In this document: positions 34,812 through 49,760 of the stretch, piece after piece
How positions within the stretch are numbered: the first letter of the stretch is position 1
Layout of the letters: each line of letters starts with the position of its first letter
Assembly: GCF_947568905.1 (NCBI RefSeq)
Contig: NC_079173.1
Coordinates: 38,564,001 to 38,628,000 of the forward strand
Source of the DNA: Ostrea edulis
Lineage: Eukaryota
Direction: 5' to 3'
DNA length: 64,000 bases
Position numbers and translations under genes: made by a program
Notes under the pieces: model-generated
The model's input: the letters and a program-made list of their open reading frames with translations, nothing else
What the model was told of the DNA's origin: nothing
Databases searched by the model: none

Positions 34812-35269
34812 TTCAAACCGTTCATACAATGTAATCACAAAAAAGAACGTCATAAACTGACTATGTATCAAATTCAATTCAGGAAGCACATTAAGTCTGT
34901 CTACACATGTAATTCACCGAAGGGGTGTCATGCTATTTTGCATTGATGAAGCCTAGTATGATGGAAGAAATATAGGAGTCATACGATTAATCACTGTTTG
35001 TTATTTTCACCGTTTATTCGTAACATAATTTACAACATTATGTAGATAAATATTTCAGACAGATATCAAAATACGTAAGATTGGTTCTTTATTCATTTTT
35101 CAGTTTTACTTAAACTCACCAAGAAGTGGATGTTATGTGTGTTGCTATATATAAATGAGTATCTTTTTATCTTAAATGTTTTTCTTTTAAATTTCCAATG
35201 CTAATATTCAAAACGTTGAATCCCATCTCTGGTATTTCCAGAGGTTAGTCTTTACCCTTCTCTTAAGTT

Positions 35270-36050
35270 TATATTTGCATGAGATGTTTAAAGCAGGATT
35301 TATTTAACATCTTCTGCGTGATAAGAAAGAACCTCTTGCTGTGACCTTCAATTCGACATTTACATGTATCGACGACCTATTATTGATCAACAATAATAGT
35401 TTTCAATCATATGTAGACTGGATATATCCCACTGAACTCAAATTAAAAGACAACACAGTCGTCCACTTCTGCTTCATATTCATGTATATTTATTGAAAGT
35501 AGATATAAAAGGCGAACTAAGAACTCAGTTTTATGACTAACGGGATTGTCTCAAATTCTTCATTATTAATTTCCCAGATTGGTGTAGCAATATTCCATTG
35601 TCACCGGCATATGGTTTATATATCTCTCTAGTGATTCGATACAAAAGAGCTTGTCCTGACTTATAGTCATTTTACAATCGAAGCAAGCTACTGACAAACA
35701 AGGTGATGGTGCAGGGGTTCCCACAGTCTCGTTTAAAATCAACATTTTGCAAAGAATATGGTCATTGTAGCTATCTGATTTGCCAAAACAACATGACATT
35801 GGATTAAGTGCTGTCTGACGTGTTTCATACCGATACTTAGAGCGTTCTTGGGACACTAAGTTTGACTACGGATACATTCTTTTACCTGATCAAGATATAA
35901 GGCTCACGGTGGGTGTGATCGGTCGAAAGGGGATGTTTAGTCCTCCTAGCCACCTCATCCCACCGTTTGTTTATCTAGGAGCACATGGTTGCTAAACTCT
36001 CTACTGTGTTCTAATTGTTCATTGATCACTGTTCGGAATATTCGCAATTT
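35270..36050 (+). pseudogene. Penelope-like RT fragment, block B paralogue of 17500-18905 without the insertions
   Basis: Collinear sequence. Confidence 0.75.
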
Positions 36051-39000
36051 CATCTTTCTGGTATCTAAGATATCACAAAGCATGACTTATTATGATGTCA
36101 AATATGTCATGAATGACTCTTAAAATGGCTCCTGCACTATTATGATTCATGGGGTATTTAATGACTGTATTTCAAATTAGTCATCTACAGGTGTATGCTA
36201 ATATGAAATAGACTTTTATGCCATTGTGATGATGACGTAAATATATCAAAAATGTTTACAAAACAAAAAACCTTTCCTACATTTACTCTCATTAATATCA
36301 TTTGTTATAGAAATGATGTGTATCCACATAGACATATTTATGGTGCTTTTAAGTTCCTAAATGCATCAAAGAATTAATTCGGTAACGTTGTTCTTTGATT
36401 GTTACTCACTCATCCGAATAATAAAAAACAAATCCTGATTAGCCTTAATTGGTCACGCTACAATCATGATATACATTACTATGTAAACTGATTCAATATT
36501 CTAGAGAATGGTATTTGCACTAACTATGGTTAAACACAAGAATTAGATACACCAACGATGGTTTATTTAATTTCTAACGATAATATTATTTTTCATATGT
36601 TAATTAAACATAACACAGTCAACTCGAAATATTTTTTTTAAAATTAATTGTATAGTTGGATTTTCCCCCTGAACGCAGGTGTTCATGATTAACGAATACA
36701 TCAACGTAATGGTAAATGGGATATTTTCAGGTTCTTCCTCATCGCCTTCCTGCATCTATGCAGCAATATTCTATTATTATAGTGTTATGTTATCTATGTA
36801 TCCCAAATGATGGAATACATCAAAACTTTTTCTGCTGACTGACAATTTGGTTTGGCATTTATTATTGACTCAGATTAGGTTTCCAAACTATGATTCTAAA
36901 TCAAAAAATTGTACGATTTGTAATACTTTTTAGGCAAATTTACTCGAAATTATGACCCAATGTCGAAAGATGAACGAATGAGTTATAATTAACGATCTTA
37001 TCTCAACTATAAAAGGATTATTTACTCAACACTAGACGATAAATGCACCACTGCTACATAAATATCGGAAACTAACGATGGCGAAGCTAAACTAATCCCA
37101 CTTGAAATAAACTCGAATTGTTAGTTTGCTGTTAATAACTTTTTCCAATAAAGTATCTAAATGCGAAGCAGATGTGGAATCTGTGATATCTTTTTTGTTC
37201 AAATTCACAGGGATATATCAATCGATATATAAATGAAAATTAGTATTTTCAATCAATAAGACGTCATTGATATGTGTAGATATTAAGTTGAAGTCAGCAG
37301 GAAGAATTTTTTTCTTCTCATGCAGAAACCTTTGATTGAACTATGCTTTTTAAGAATATGAAAACAGGTCATCTAAAAACGGAACAAAATCCGTACCCAT
37401 ATAAATTTCAGCAGACTGTTGGAAAACCTGATCATCGGAGGCTAGGGAGATATCATCGACAAGGAACTCCAACATGCTTTGTTTTATTTCAACTTTAGGG
37501 TATCTGTGCCTGGTATAAGAGTGATGGCTAACAAAGTAATATTTTGCATTACTGATCACTAGATACGAATATTTCGTTTTTCAATTTTTGCTGAAAAATG
37601 TCTCCATAATGTCTCCAAGTCTAGTCTTTGATTTATCGTGATGAGTTGTTGTGTAAAATATTGAAAAGCCATGCAGTTTGATGTTGTGGGTTTCAGAAAA
37701 GCTTTTGCGATTTCAAATCTAAAAGAAATCTTAAAATGTTTTTCAATACATTTTTGATGTACAGTATTTATGACATATGTTGTGACACAGTATGTTTGAT
37801 TTTGTTTTATTTTACAGTTGTTAATATTTTCATAAGAAGCAAAGATAGGGACTTTGTACAAAGTTTGCCCCATCCAGTAATGTATCTTTGTTTGTAAAGG
37901 TTTTTTCTGAAGGTTGGGAATCCAATATAGATACGGTAACTCATATTCTTCTATCCCATTGAATGGGATGTTAAATGTGTCTAAAACTGAAAATCATGAT
38001 TTTGAAGATTTTCATCTTTTGATTACCAAATGTGGAAATATTACCAAATGTCTGAAAAATACAGGTGTGATAATGAGTCGTTTAATCAATGGAAAGATAA
38101 TAAAATATTCCAGAATCAGGAAACTGCATTTTCTACAGTTTTGAATATGCTCAGTCTAAATAAGGCATAGTGCATCTTTGTAAGATAACTAAATGTATAT
38201 TTCATATGACATGATCACAGATTCCACATCAGTTCACACAAAAATCATACACAAACAAAAACAATTTTTCTGTGTATATTGTGTACAGTATTAGATGTAC
38301 AGATATGTTGACATGTGTACATGGAAAAAGAGGGGATAATGCTTACTTCGAATCATATTCTATAACATTTAGAATGCTTGACCTTTTCATGAAATATCAT
38401 GAATATTGATGCGTCTTCTCGGGATATTATTAGATTGTGACTTATTAGATTCTGACTAATGATACATGATATTAATTCTTAATGCACAATACATGTGAAA
38501 AACACTCTAGTAATTAGCACTGTAGTGATATCCAAAATTAACAGGTATTCATGTATGGCTTCAAACTTTACGAGCTCCGTCGTTTGGGATGTAAGTGATA
38601 AACAAACGCCCACAAAAAGTCATTCACTTTATCGGAACTATATCGACCCGAAGCAATGATCCCATAATTTATATAACTACAAAATGTATTACTATTATCA
38701 TTAATGAGACCAAGAATTGCATTTAGATCGTTTAATATTGGTCTATCGTTGAGGTAGGCAAAACTATATTGAAATGTAGGTAAACTTTTCAAAGAATGTA
38801 TTATTTTTTAGTCAAATGCAAAAATATACGATAAAAACACTTACATCTTTGTATTGAGAGACAACGATGGGTATAGGCGTAAAATCTTTGTCAAATCAAT
38901 CTCAACTGATATTTATACACACATGTACGTTGAAGTATGGTATCGTTTTCTTTTCAATCACAAAGTGGGGGATTTGTTTTTTGCCCGAAATTGATGATGC

Positions 39001-39211
39001 TAAATTGAATGTATGTGTGTGGACTCATTAACTCAAACTGACTCATTTTTGTACATACACGGGCGCTCGTCATTCGCAACAATTAATACCGACATGCCCT
39101 TACATTCTCCTCTCTGACCTCTAATCCACCCCATTCCCTAAAATTAAACTTCTAAAGATCGCATATTTTTTTTAGTATTCCTTTTCAATCAAATGCGTGT
39201 CAAGAATTTTT

Positions 39212-39457
39212 ATTGTAAGGTCATTCTGCTGAATGTCTGACAATGGCAATAAATCGTGTTGCTTTTTGTTGTAAAGCCATTCTGCAGAATGTCGGATAAT
39301 GGCAATAAATCGTTTAGCTTTCTGTTGTAAGGTTATTCTGCTGAATATCCGATAATGACAATAAATCGTTTTGCTTTTTGTTGTAAGGCCATTCTGCTGA
39401 ATGTCGGATAATGGCAATAAATCGTTTTGCTTTTTGTTGTAAGGTCAATCTGCTGAA
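39212..39457. repeat. 56-bp minisatellite, ~4.3 copies
   Basis: (C/T)ATTCTGC at 39222, 39278, 39334, 39390 and a partial unit at 39446. Confidence 0.95.
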
Positions 39458-41956
39458 CATGGGGTTGTTAGGTCTTGTACACCGCAGATTTGTTGGTAGT
39501 CTCAGATTATGTTGGATTACACCTGTTAGCCGCCGTTTAGACACTCTTGAAAACCTCGAGAAACACCAACCTTTCCTAGTTATTTCTCAATATTTTTGAA
39601 AACTTACGCGGATTATTTTTTATTCTAAATTTGACAGTCTCCGTCAGATACCCAGTATCCGACGATGGTGTCTGTGTGACTCGTCCATAACGCATGACCT
39701 ACAAAAACAGTAAGGACATTCGGATTGTCCGACAGTTCCTTCGATAACTGGTCCAGACGAAGAATTCGCTCTTCCTCTGCATCCCCATTCCAACCATTAT
39801 ACGCAAGAAAGAGCCATTACAGCGGCATTCAACTGAGTGTAAGCAAAAGTTCATTATCATACGATGTATTTACTCAAAATTAATATGTTTAGCATAACAT
39901 CGATGTCCGTGTAAATTATATTCTAACAATCCACAATAATTATTATCAACTGTACCCATTCCTAAGCATAACCTATTATATTCCATTATAATTGATGTAA
40001 TTGTATGCAAAATTTACTTCTGTTATTGTATGACTATCTCTACATGAAATTTCCCTCTCCAGTTGGATTACGCGGTAAGCATCAAAAGATTGCACGGACG
40101 ACTCGATCGCCAGATAAGATAGATAAGGTATACACAAATACTAGTAACTAAATGTCCATCAATTTCTAGCATCCAGTGTGAAGCTCAATATCTCCTGATT
40201 GACAAGGGTTCACAGGCCAGATAAATTCGAAGGCGTGCTCATTTTCTCGGTCTTTAAACTAATTGCGCTGCCCCCTCCCCCTCTCTAAATAAGTAAGTGA
40301 AAAAAACAAACAAGCAAATAAATGAAACCTATGTACTTGTTCCGATATAACCTACATACATAATTTTAACTCAGTTGGTTCACAAACACCAGCGTGACAG
40401 TCCAAAATAGTTTGCTATGATTACAGCTCGCAGTGCTTTGAGGTCGCTATCAAGATAGTACATGTGGTTTATAAACACCAGAGATATTACAGAGTTGCTG
40501 AAAAGTGTACACAGCTCGCGGTGCTTTAAGCTCTCATTCCAAAATTTTCATTTTCGGGGAGGCATGTCAGAGGGATACGTGTAATCTACATAAAAAGTTG
40601 CAGTGCAATACGTCGACAAACACTAGAAATATGGGTGAGAACAGACAGACAAATATACCAAGTGAAACCTATGTATCCCCATATCAAATAAAATAAAATA
40701 ATTTATGTGTAATCTATCCTTAAAATGTCAATAAAATATTAGGGAGCGGCGGTTTAGGACGGGCGAAGATTTGGGGTGTAAAATAGTACATCCCAAATCC
40801 TCGCCCTTAATGATAGTACAATTTTTTCCCAAATTGTCGACGGTGTAACGATTTGGGATGCCGGGCGACGGTTTGGGGTGTAACATATCACAATACCTAC
40901 ACTATAATGATACATGGGATGAATAACAAAGAGTAATTAACTAGTGTATTCCAGTGTGATACAGATTCTGTAATATTCACAGGGCGATGTAAAAAAAAAA
41001 AAAAAATAGAAAACGATTTCATTAAAAAGCACAAGGATGGAATTTGATATTTACATTGGTTATTAATCTTTATTCAATTTACAAAAAATGCTTAACTGTT
41101 AATCAAAATATATCAAATGGCATACGAACGGAATCTTCAATTTTATGAAAATACTTTCGGTACTATGGTAGATCATATCTATCTGGTCAACCTATGCATC
41201 TCGTCAATTTGATATCCTAGCTGATCTAATTAATTACACTTGACATATCGAACCGAGTTTATATTCATGGGTGATTAGTGGTTAAGATGATAACCACCTA
41301 AATAGTCAGGAGTTGCATTTATATTTTCGTTATTCAAAGCAGAGGTAACACAATTTAGAAGACCAAATATTGATTAAAGCAAAAAAATAAGACTAAAGTA
41401 TGGATGGACAATATTACGTTTTAAGATGTGTACACAAATGATACAGCAAGCATCCATCTAACTGTTCATTATAAGACACGTAAGGTAAAATATTCTTAAA
41501 TATTGGCTCTAAAGAAGATGTAGGCCAAAGAGAAATGACACTGATAGTGACGCTGAAGTACAGCTGCTCAAAATCATCAATACCTTAAGTACATTTAATG
41601 TTCAAATTGATAGGTAGGACAGAACACAGAATGTTGGTACAGACGGCAACACAACATGATGAGGACCGTGTCCTACACCGTCAGAGTAGTGATATCCTGC
41701 TACGGAGGAGACTGTCGTATATCGTACCAAATATATTATTTTGCGTCATGGACCGTATAAACGAATAGTTAGAAATCGTCAGTGTTAAGGAGGCAATTTA
41801 GAGTTCTTGAGTGAACCTGGCGAGAATTTATCATATGGTTGTGTAAATCCAGCTCTAGGACATAAGTTTTCATGCAGAATAGAATTTCTAAACTGAACAC
41901 ATAAATTGAAATTTGCGAAAACATGTTCATTTATGCTATAAATTTTAAACTAAGAA

Positions 41957-42385
41957 TACATATTCCATATGCAAGAGCTTGTTCTGGGTATAGTCAGTTT
42001 TTAAATCGAGGTAAGCTACTGACAAAAAAGTTGATGGTACAGGGATTTCAACAGTCTCGATTGAAGTCAGCATTTCGCAAATTCTATGGTCGTTATAACG
42101 ATCGAGTTCGTCAATACAACCTCCCATTGGGTGAAATGCTGTCTGACGTGTTTCATACCGATTGTTAAGCCGTTCTTAGCACACTGATTTGACTGCGGAT
42201 AACTCCGTTTACCTGATCAGGATATGGGGCTCACGGCGGGTGTGACCGGTCAGCAGGGGATGCTTGCTCCTCCTGGGCACCTGATCCCACCTCTGGTGTG
42301 TCCAGGGGTCCGTGTTTGCCCAACTATCTATTTTGTATTGCTTGTAGGAGCTATGAAAATGATCACTGTTCGTTATCTTCACTTT
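41957..42385 (+). mobile_element. 5'-truncated Penelope-like insertion (RT end plus tail)
   Basis: YARACSGYSQFLNRGKLL..SAFRKFYGRY; absent from the paralogue at ~23970. Confidence 0.8.
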
Positions 42386-43039
42386 GCATAGTATACATGA
42401 TACTAATAAAGGCCAAGGGACGTCTATCTAAAGGTCACTCAAGACAAGATGAGGATTGTTATTGTGCAATATGTATATTATAAAAGTTACTTGAAATGCT
42501 CGTAGGTCTTTTGGAATGCGTTACGTGTTAAAATAAAAAATAGATATAGGTATTTACCTAAATGTTGATGATTTGCTTGATATATACAACAACACATACG
42601 TTCTTCATATGTATTTATATGTTGTTGAAATTCCGTACCCTGTATTGCGTTTTGTCTGAGATTGTTTTATTTCCCTTACCTCCTGTTTTGATATCCAGTA
42701 CCGATATTGAGACGAGGAAAAGGAAAAATACTGAGAAATTGCTTGCGTTGTAAAATTCTTTAAATTTTGTATCGCATACGGAATTTACAAAATTCATAAC
42801 AATTTATTATGTTCCCTTGATCATTGATCACCGTTCGGTTTCTTAACCTCTTCATCTCAGCTAAGTTCTCACAAGGTATAACTCATGATAAATTTGTGTA
42901 GTGATCACATATTCGGTATTTTGTCCTCTTATCACACAGTATGCCTCATCGAGATGTCAGTTGCACTATCAATGGCGCATACGACATAACCTGAACTATA
43001 ATTATTCATGAGATGATTAATTACTGTATTACAAGTGAA

Positions 43040-46000
43040 TAATTTAATGTTGTATGATTGTCTGAAAGATATTTTATATCATTGTCAGGGTGATGTTTTC
43101 ATATGGATACACTGTTCGCATAATCCCTCTCACTGATATTATTAACTTGTCATACAGATAATTGGTATTTTTATAGATATACTTACAATGTCTGCAGACT
43201 CGTCAGTGCATCAAATATTCCATTTGGTAACGTTGTTATTTGATTGGAATCCAGGTCTCTGAATCATAAATATTTCCCAATTAAGCTTAGTTGATCAACA
43301 CTACAATGCTGGAATATATCATTCTGTAAACTCAAAATGCAAGAAAATAATAATGACAATGAGTGTGGCTTTATAAACAAAAATAAATCCATCAACAAAG
43401 GTTTCTTTATTTTCTAACACACATTTCAAATTATATGATTATTACAAATTATCCAGTCAAATCAAGATAAGAATACGACATAATTCCCCACATTTGTTTT
43501 ATAGTTAGATCCTTTTTCTTTACAGAAGGGAGATGTTAACATTGATGTAGGAAGACATCAACTTTATGACAAATGGGATAAATTCAAGTTATCCAACGTC
43601 AGCTTCCTATATACATGTAGTGATATTCCATTATCACTTGTTTGTCATACCAACATATCTCATTTGATGTAATTAAAAACTGCATTTTCTGGTTATCATC
43701 AATTTGATTTCTAATTTCTCGCTAATTCAAAACAAGTTTTAGATAAATAGAAAGTAATTTGTGCAATAATGTATATGAAAATGTGCTTAAAATGCCTCCA
43801 TGTTGAAAAAGGTTATATTTACTTATATTTTGTTTTTATTTCAAACTATAAAATATAAACTATTGTTGTACTCAACATTATACTATTTTGATAGTATTTT
43901 CATCAATGTGTTTTGTGGTTTTAGGAGTTATGGTCTATCAACTGTTCTCAGAATATGTAGTCATGTTGACAGAATGTTTGTAGCAGTTTATACTTTAAAT
44001 TAGTTTTTTTTCCATACAATTTCATCACAAAAAAGATCATCATAAACTGACTATGTATCAAATACAATTCAGGAAGCGCATTAATTTTGTCTACACATGT
44101 AGATCACTAAAGATGTGTCATACTATTCAGCTTGATAAACCCCAACAAGACAGAGAGTATATAGGAGTCATGAGATCGATCACTCCTTGTTATTTTCACC
44201 TTTTTATTCTTAACATAATTTACAACATTGTGTAGATAAATATTTCAAACAGATATCAAGATACGTAAGATTGATTCCTTATTCAGTTTTCAGTTTTACT
44301 CCACCTCGCCAAGAAGCGGACAGTATATATGTTGCTATACATAAACGAGTCTCTGTTTATCTTAAATACTTTTTATGCCCAGTGTTAATATTAAAAATCT
44401 TGAATCCCATCTCTGGTATTTCCAGAGGTCCGTCTTTCCTCTTTTATGACAAACGGGATGATTTCAGCTTTTCCAATTTCAATTTCCCATATTTATATAA
44501 CATTATTCCATTATCACCTGCTTATGGTGTTTATGTCGCTCAACTGATTAGATACGCACGCAAGAGCTTGCCCTAATTATGGCCATTTCTAAATCGAAGC
44601 AGGCTATTGACAAATAAGTTGATTGTACAGGGGTTTCAACAATCTCCTTTAAAGTCAACATTTCGGAACGTCCGTGGTCATTGTAGCGATCTAGTTTGCC
44701 AGTACACCATGTGGTTGGGATAAGTGCTGTCCGACGTGTTTCATAACGATTGTTAGGTCCTTATTGGCACCCTGACTTTGACTACGGATAACTATGTTTA
44801 CCTGAGCAAGATATAAGGCTCATGGTGGATGTGATCGGTCGACTGGGGATGCTTACTTCTTCTAGGTACCTGATCCCGTCTTTATTACCTCCAGGAGTAC
44901 GTGTTTACCAAACTCTCTATTGTGTATTGCTTATAGGAGTTATCAGATTGATCACTGCTGTTATCTTCACCTTTCATAAGATGTATCATTGTTTATTTTT
45001 TTCACTTGTTCATAGATCACTGTTCAGAAACTTCGCATTTTCATCTAAAATGTATTTAAGGTGTCAAAAAGCATGATATATCGTGATGTCAGAAATACTA
45101 TCAATGACTTTCAAGAACACTTGCACTATTATAATACATGAAGCAATTAATTATTGTATTTCACATTAGTCATCTCCAGGTGTATGCTGCTCTGAAATAG
45201 ATTTTTGGGTCATTGTCATGATGACGTAAATATATCAAAATAGTTTTCAGAGCAATACAACTTTCCTACATTTACTCTCATTAACATGATTCATTTGCGT
45301 TAAAAATAATTTGTATCCATATAGATATATGTATAGTGCTTTTAGATTCGTGAATGCATCAAATAATCTATTCGGTAATGCTGTTCTTTGATTGCTACTC
45401 ATGCATCCGAATAGTAAAAAAAGCATGATTAGCCTTAATTGATCAACGCTACAATGATGGAATACTTAATTCTGTAAACGGAATCAATTTTCTAGAGAAT
45501 GGCATTTGCACTAAATACGGTCATTTTCTCCCTCAGTGCCCTCGTCCGAAAATAAATATGTTCTTGACTATTTTATAATAAAACAAAACAGAAAGTGAAT
45601 AGTCTGGTTGCGTTCGTTACAAGATCGCTTTTAATTAGCAACATCAAATCGACAAATCTGCACACACAAAAATCACTAATGAAAGCATAAGAAATCAAAA
45701 CCGATAATGGGCTGGGTGGGAGGGAAGGCTAAGCCACAGAAATATAAAAGAGACCTTTGTTGGTTGTAACGAACCTCACACTGCTCGAAAACTGACCAGT
45801 AGTAGTATATATGCTAAGCGCAAAAGCGATCGTGCATGAGCTCAAAAACCCGCGAAATGTATTTACGGAATATAACGAAAAATGACAAAACGTAAAATGT
45901 AAATAAATAAATTTAAACACAATAATTAGATCCATCAACGATGGTTTATCTATTTTATAAAGATAATAATTTCCATCCATATGTTAACTAGAGATGTTTT

Positions 46001-49000
46001 GTCAACTTGAAATAAAAGCAACAAAATATATTTCAAATTAGTTGTTTAGTTGGATTTGTTTCCGCAGAACGCAGGCGTTGATTGTAAACAAATACAGCAA
46101 CCTCATGGCAAATGGGATAATTTCAGGTTCTTCTTCATCACCGTCCCGTATCCACATGTATTTAACAATGCTATATTATCATATGGTAATGTTATCTGTG
46201 TATCCTAAGCGATTGATTACATCACAACTTTTTCTGCTAATTAGCAATTGGTTTGGAATTTATCCTTGACGCAGTTGTGTTAAGTAGAGCCATAGAAATA
46301 TTTTAGAGTAAAAAAAACATTATAAACAGATCAATTTTTGACAAAATCTGTACACACAACCTTTTCATACAAAAAATAAATATGTATATATAATTAAGTG
46401 CATATTGACCTCCCATACATTTTTCACCAGACCGACAGTCTCTACATCAGCTGTATTTCACGTGATCAAATATCAAGATAAAATCGTACCGTGTATGTAT
46501 AAATGGTTCCATTGGCAAGGTATCAATGCAACTTGAAGTTAATATTACTTCAAAACATATTAATTTCTTAATTTGAAAAGTGCTGAGAGCAAGTTTATTG
46601 TGACTTGTAACATGTCTAATATTTGCATTGAACATGCAAGATGCGGCGATTTTTGCATATACGAAGTTGAATCTAGCCCGAAAAACATGTTTTCTGTTGA
46701 AGCCACAACTTGCTCCCCTAACGTTCCTTTTGCACTGAAGTTCACATGTCACATAAATCAAACATCTTTCACTCAAAAACCTCGGGGTGTCGTGCCAATG
46801 ATGAAATTTGTATGTACGGAAACCCTGTTTATGCAAATGAGTTCATTGTGAAAGTCACTATATACATGTAGATTAGGGGCGATATCAAGATCACAATATA
46901 ATATGGATATTACTTTAGCATGTATGTTATATAAAGAGGAAATTGAAAATATTTCAATATCAAAGAGAATTAATATAACCCATTTGACAGAAACTTTTAC
47001 ACGATTGCGGTTTATTGTTTGACAGCGGTGGTAAATAACGAAAAAAAAATATTTTGACATTTCCAACCGCAAAAGGAATGTAGATATGTACGTCATTACC
47101 TTCAGCATGACGTATTTGTCATTGTGACGTCATGTAATGTGCCAGTGCGGTAAAGTACATGTTTTACAGCACTGGTATTTATGAGGAAAGCCTTAACTCA
47201 GCCACGGACAAACAGGTTTCCAAACTATGATTCTAAATCAAACAAATGTACGGTTTGGAATACTTTTTTATGCACATTTGCTGAAAAATAAAGCCTAATG
47301 CCAAAAGATGAACTACTGACTTATAACTACCGACCTTATTTCAAACTATAAAAGGATTCTTTACTCAATATTATGCGATAAATGCACCATGAGCCATGCA
47401 CAGAATTGCTACATACATATCGCAAGCTAACGGTGGGGAAGTTAAACTCATCCCATTTGTCATAAACTTCACTTGTTAGTTTGCCGTTAATAAATATTTT
47501 CAATAAAATATCTAAGTGCGAAGCAGATGTGGAATTTGTAGTGTCTTTTTTTTTCAAATTCACAGGGATATATCAAATCGACATATGAATGAAAATGAAT
47601 ATTTTTAAAAGATAAAACGGCATTGATGTATCGAGATGTTGAGTTTAAGTCAACAGGAAGATATTTTTCTTCTCATACAGAAGCTTTTGATAGAAATATG
47701 CTTCATAAGAATATGAAAACAGGTCATATAAAAACGAGACACAATACGTGCCCATGGAATCTTTAACAGGCTGTTGGAAGACCTGATCATCAAAGTGTAG
47801 GAAGAGATTATCGATGAGGAACTCCAACATCTTTTATTTTAACTTCAGAGTATTTGTGCATGGATTAAGAGTGATGGTTAACACAGTAATGTCTTGGATG
47901 ACTGATCACTAGATACGAATATTTTGGATATTTTTTGTTTCAATTTTTGCTGAAGAAACAACTATCCTTGATGTCTTAAAGTCTAGTCTTTGATTTATCG
48001 TGATGAGTGGTTGTGTAAAGTGTCGAAAAGTCATACGGTTTGATGTTGTGGGTTTGAGAAAAGTTTTGTGATTCCAAATCTAAATGAAACCTTAAAATGT
48101 TTTAAAATCTACATTTGATATACATTATCTCTGACATATGTTGTGACCCAGTATGTTTCTGTTTTCTATTTTACAGCTGTTAATATTTTCGCAAGGAACA
48201 AAGATAGGGGCTTGCTAAAACATTTGCGCCATCCAGCAATGTATCTTTATTTGTAAAGTTTTTTGTGAAGTTTAGAAATCCAGTATAGGTACGGTAATTC
48301 ATATTGTTCTATTCCATTGAATGGGATTATAAAATGTGTCTAAAACTGAAAACCATGATTTTGAAAATCTTCTGATTACAAAATGTGAAATTAATGGCAA
48401 ATTTGTGTAAAATACAGTTGTGATAATGAGTATTTTAATCAATGGATATATTATGAAATATTCCAGAAGTGGCAAACTGCATGTTCTACAGTTCTGTATA
48501 TGTTTAGTCTTAATAAAGCGAAGTACCTTTTTGTAAAGGAACTGAATGTATATTTCTCATGAAAAGATCGCAGATTCCACACCAGTTCACGCAGCAATCA
48601 TACAAAAATAAAAAGGAAATTCCATGTGTACATTCTGTAAAGTATTACATGTACAGATACATGTACATGTATACATGGAAAAAGAGGGGAACATACCTGT
48701 TTCGAATCATATTCTATAATATTTAGAATGCTTGACCTTTTCTTGACGAATCATCAAAATTGATTTTTTTTAATGATACGTCTTCTCGGGATACTTTTAG
48801 ATTGTGATTAATATCCCATGGTATTTATTTTTAATGCACAATATATGAGGGGAGATACACTCTATTACTTAGCACTATAAGGACATCAATAATTTACAGG
48901 TGTTCCTGTATGGCTTCAAAGTTTACGAACTCGGTCGTTTGAAATGCATGTAATTAACAGAAACCAACAAAGTGAGTCAAGATACATGTATATTCAAGAA

Positions 49001-49760
49001 ACGTCAAACATCACAGACTGTATATGTACCCTGTGTTAACACCTTCACGCTCCTAAACTGTATAAAATTCACTTCCTACTTAGATTGGACATATAAAATT
49101 TGTTTCATACACTTTATTGAAACTATATAGACCCAAAGCAATGACTCCAGCATTTATGTAAGTATAAAATGTATTAGTATTATCAGTATTGACATCAAGG
49201 ATTGCATTTAAATGGTTTAATATTTGTATATATTTGAGGCAAAAAAACCGAACTACTACGTTGAAATACACTAGAATGTTTAACGAATGTATCATTTGTG
49301 ATGCAAATACAAAAACGTACGAGAAAAACAAATACATCTTTGTATTGAGAGACAACAATACAAATGTTTCGTATTTTGCGAAAGCAGAAAATGCATTTAT
49401 GCACAATGTCTCCCATAGATATAGGCGTGAAATCCTTATTAAATCAGTTTCAAATGACATTTAGACATACGTGTACATTAGAGTGCGGTATCGTTTTCTT
49501 TTCAATTACAAAGTGAAGGAATTGGTTTGCCCGAATTGGATAATACGAAATCGTATGTGTGTGTGTGTGAGGGGGAGGTGTACATTTACTGAAACTGTCT
49601 CATTTTTGTACATACACCGGCGCTAGTCATTCGCAACAATTCATACCGACATGCTCTTTCATTCTCCTCTCTCATTCAGAACTGCAATAGCTGTACAAGA
49701 TCTCTATTCTACCCCATCCGCCTAACAATTGAAATTTTGGAGATGACATAAAATTGTTTA
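43040..49760. repeat. Composite macro-repeat block C
   Basis: Collinear with ~15900-23150 and with 38830-39170; directly follows block B. Confidence 0.8.
44425..44980 (+). pseudogene. Penelope-like RT fragment, block C
   Basis: YDKRDDFSFSNFNFPYL..PAYGVYVAQLIRYAR plus tail. Confidence 0.75.

Larger units (their letters stand above)
34440..43040. repeat. Composite macro-repeat block B
   Basis: Collinear with ~16660-29370; ends in the segment matching 29190-29370. Confidence 0.8.

Noticed and set aside
39212-39457. CRISPR-like array (also the 21-bp units at 51108-51191)
   Set aside because: Contiguous tandem units without unique spacers, in a eukaryotic context with no cas genes.
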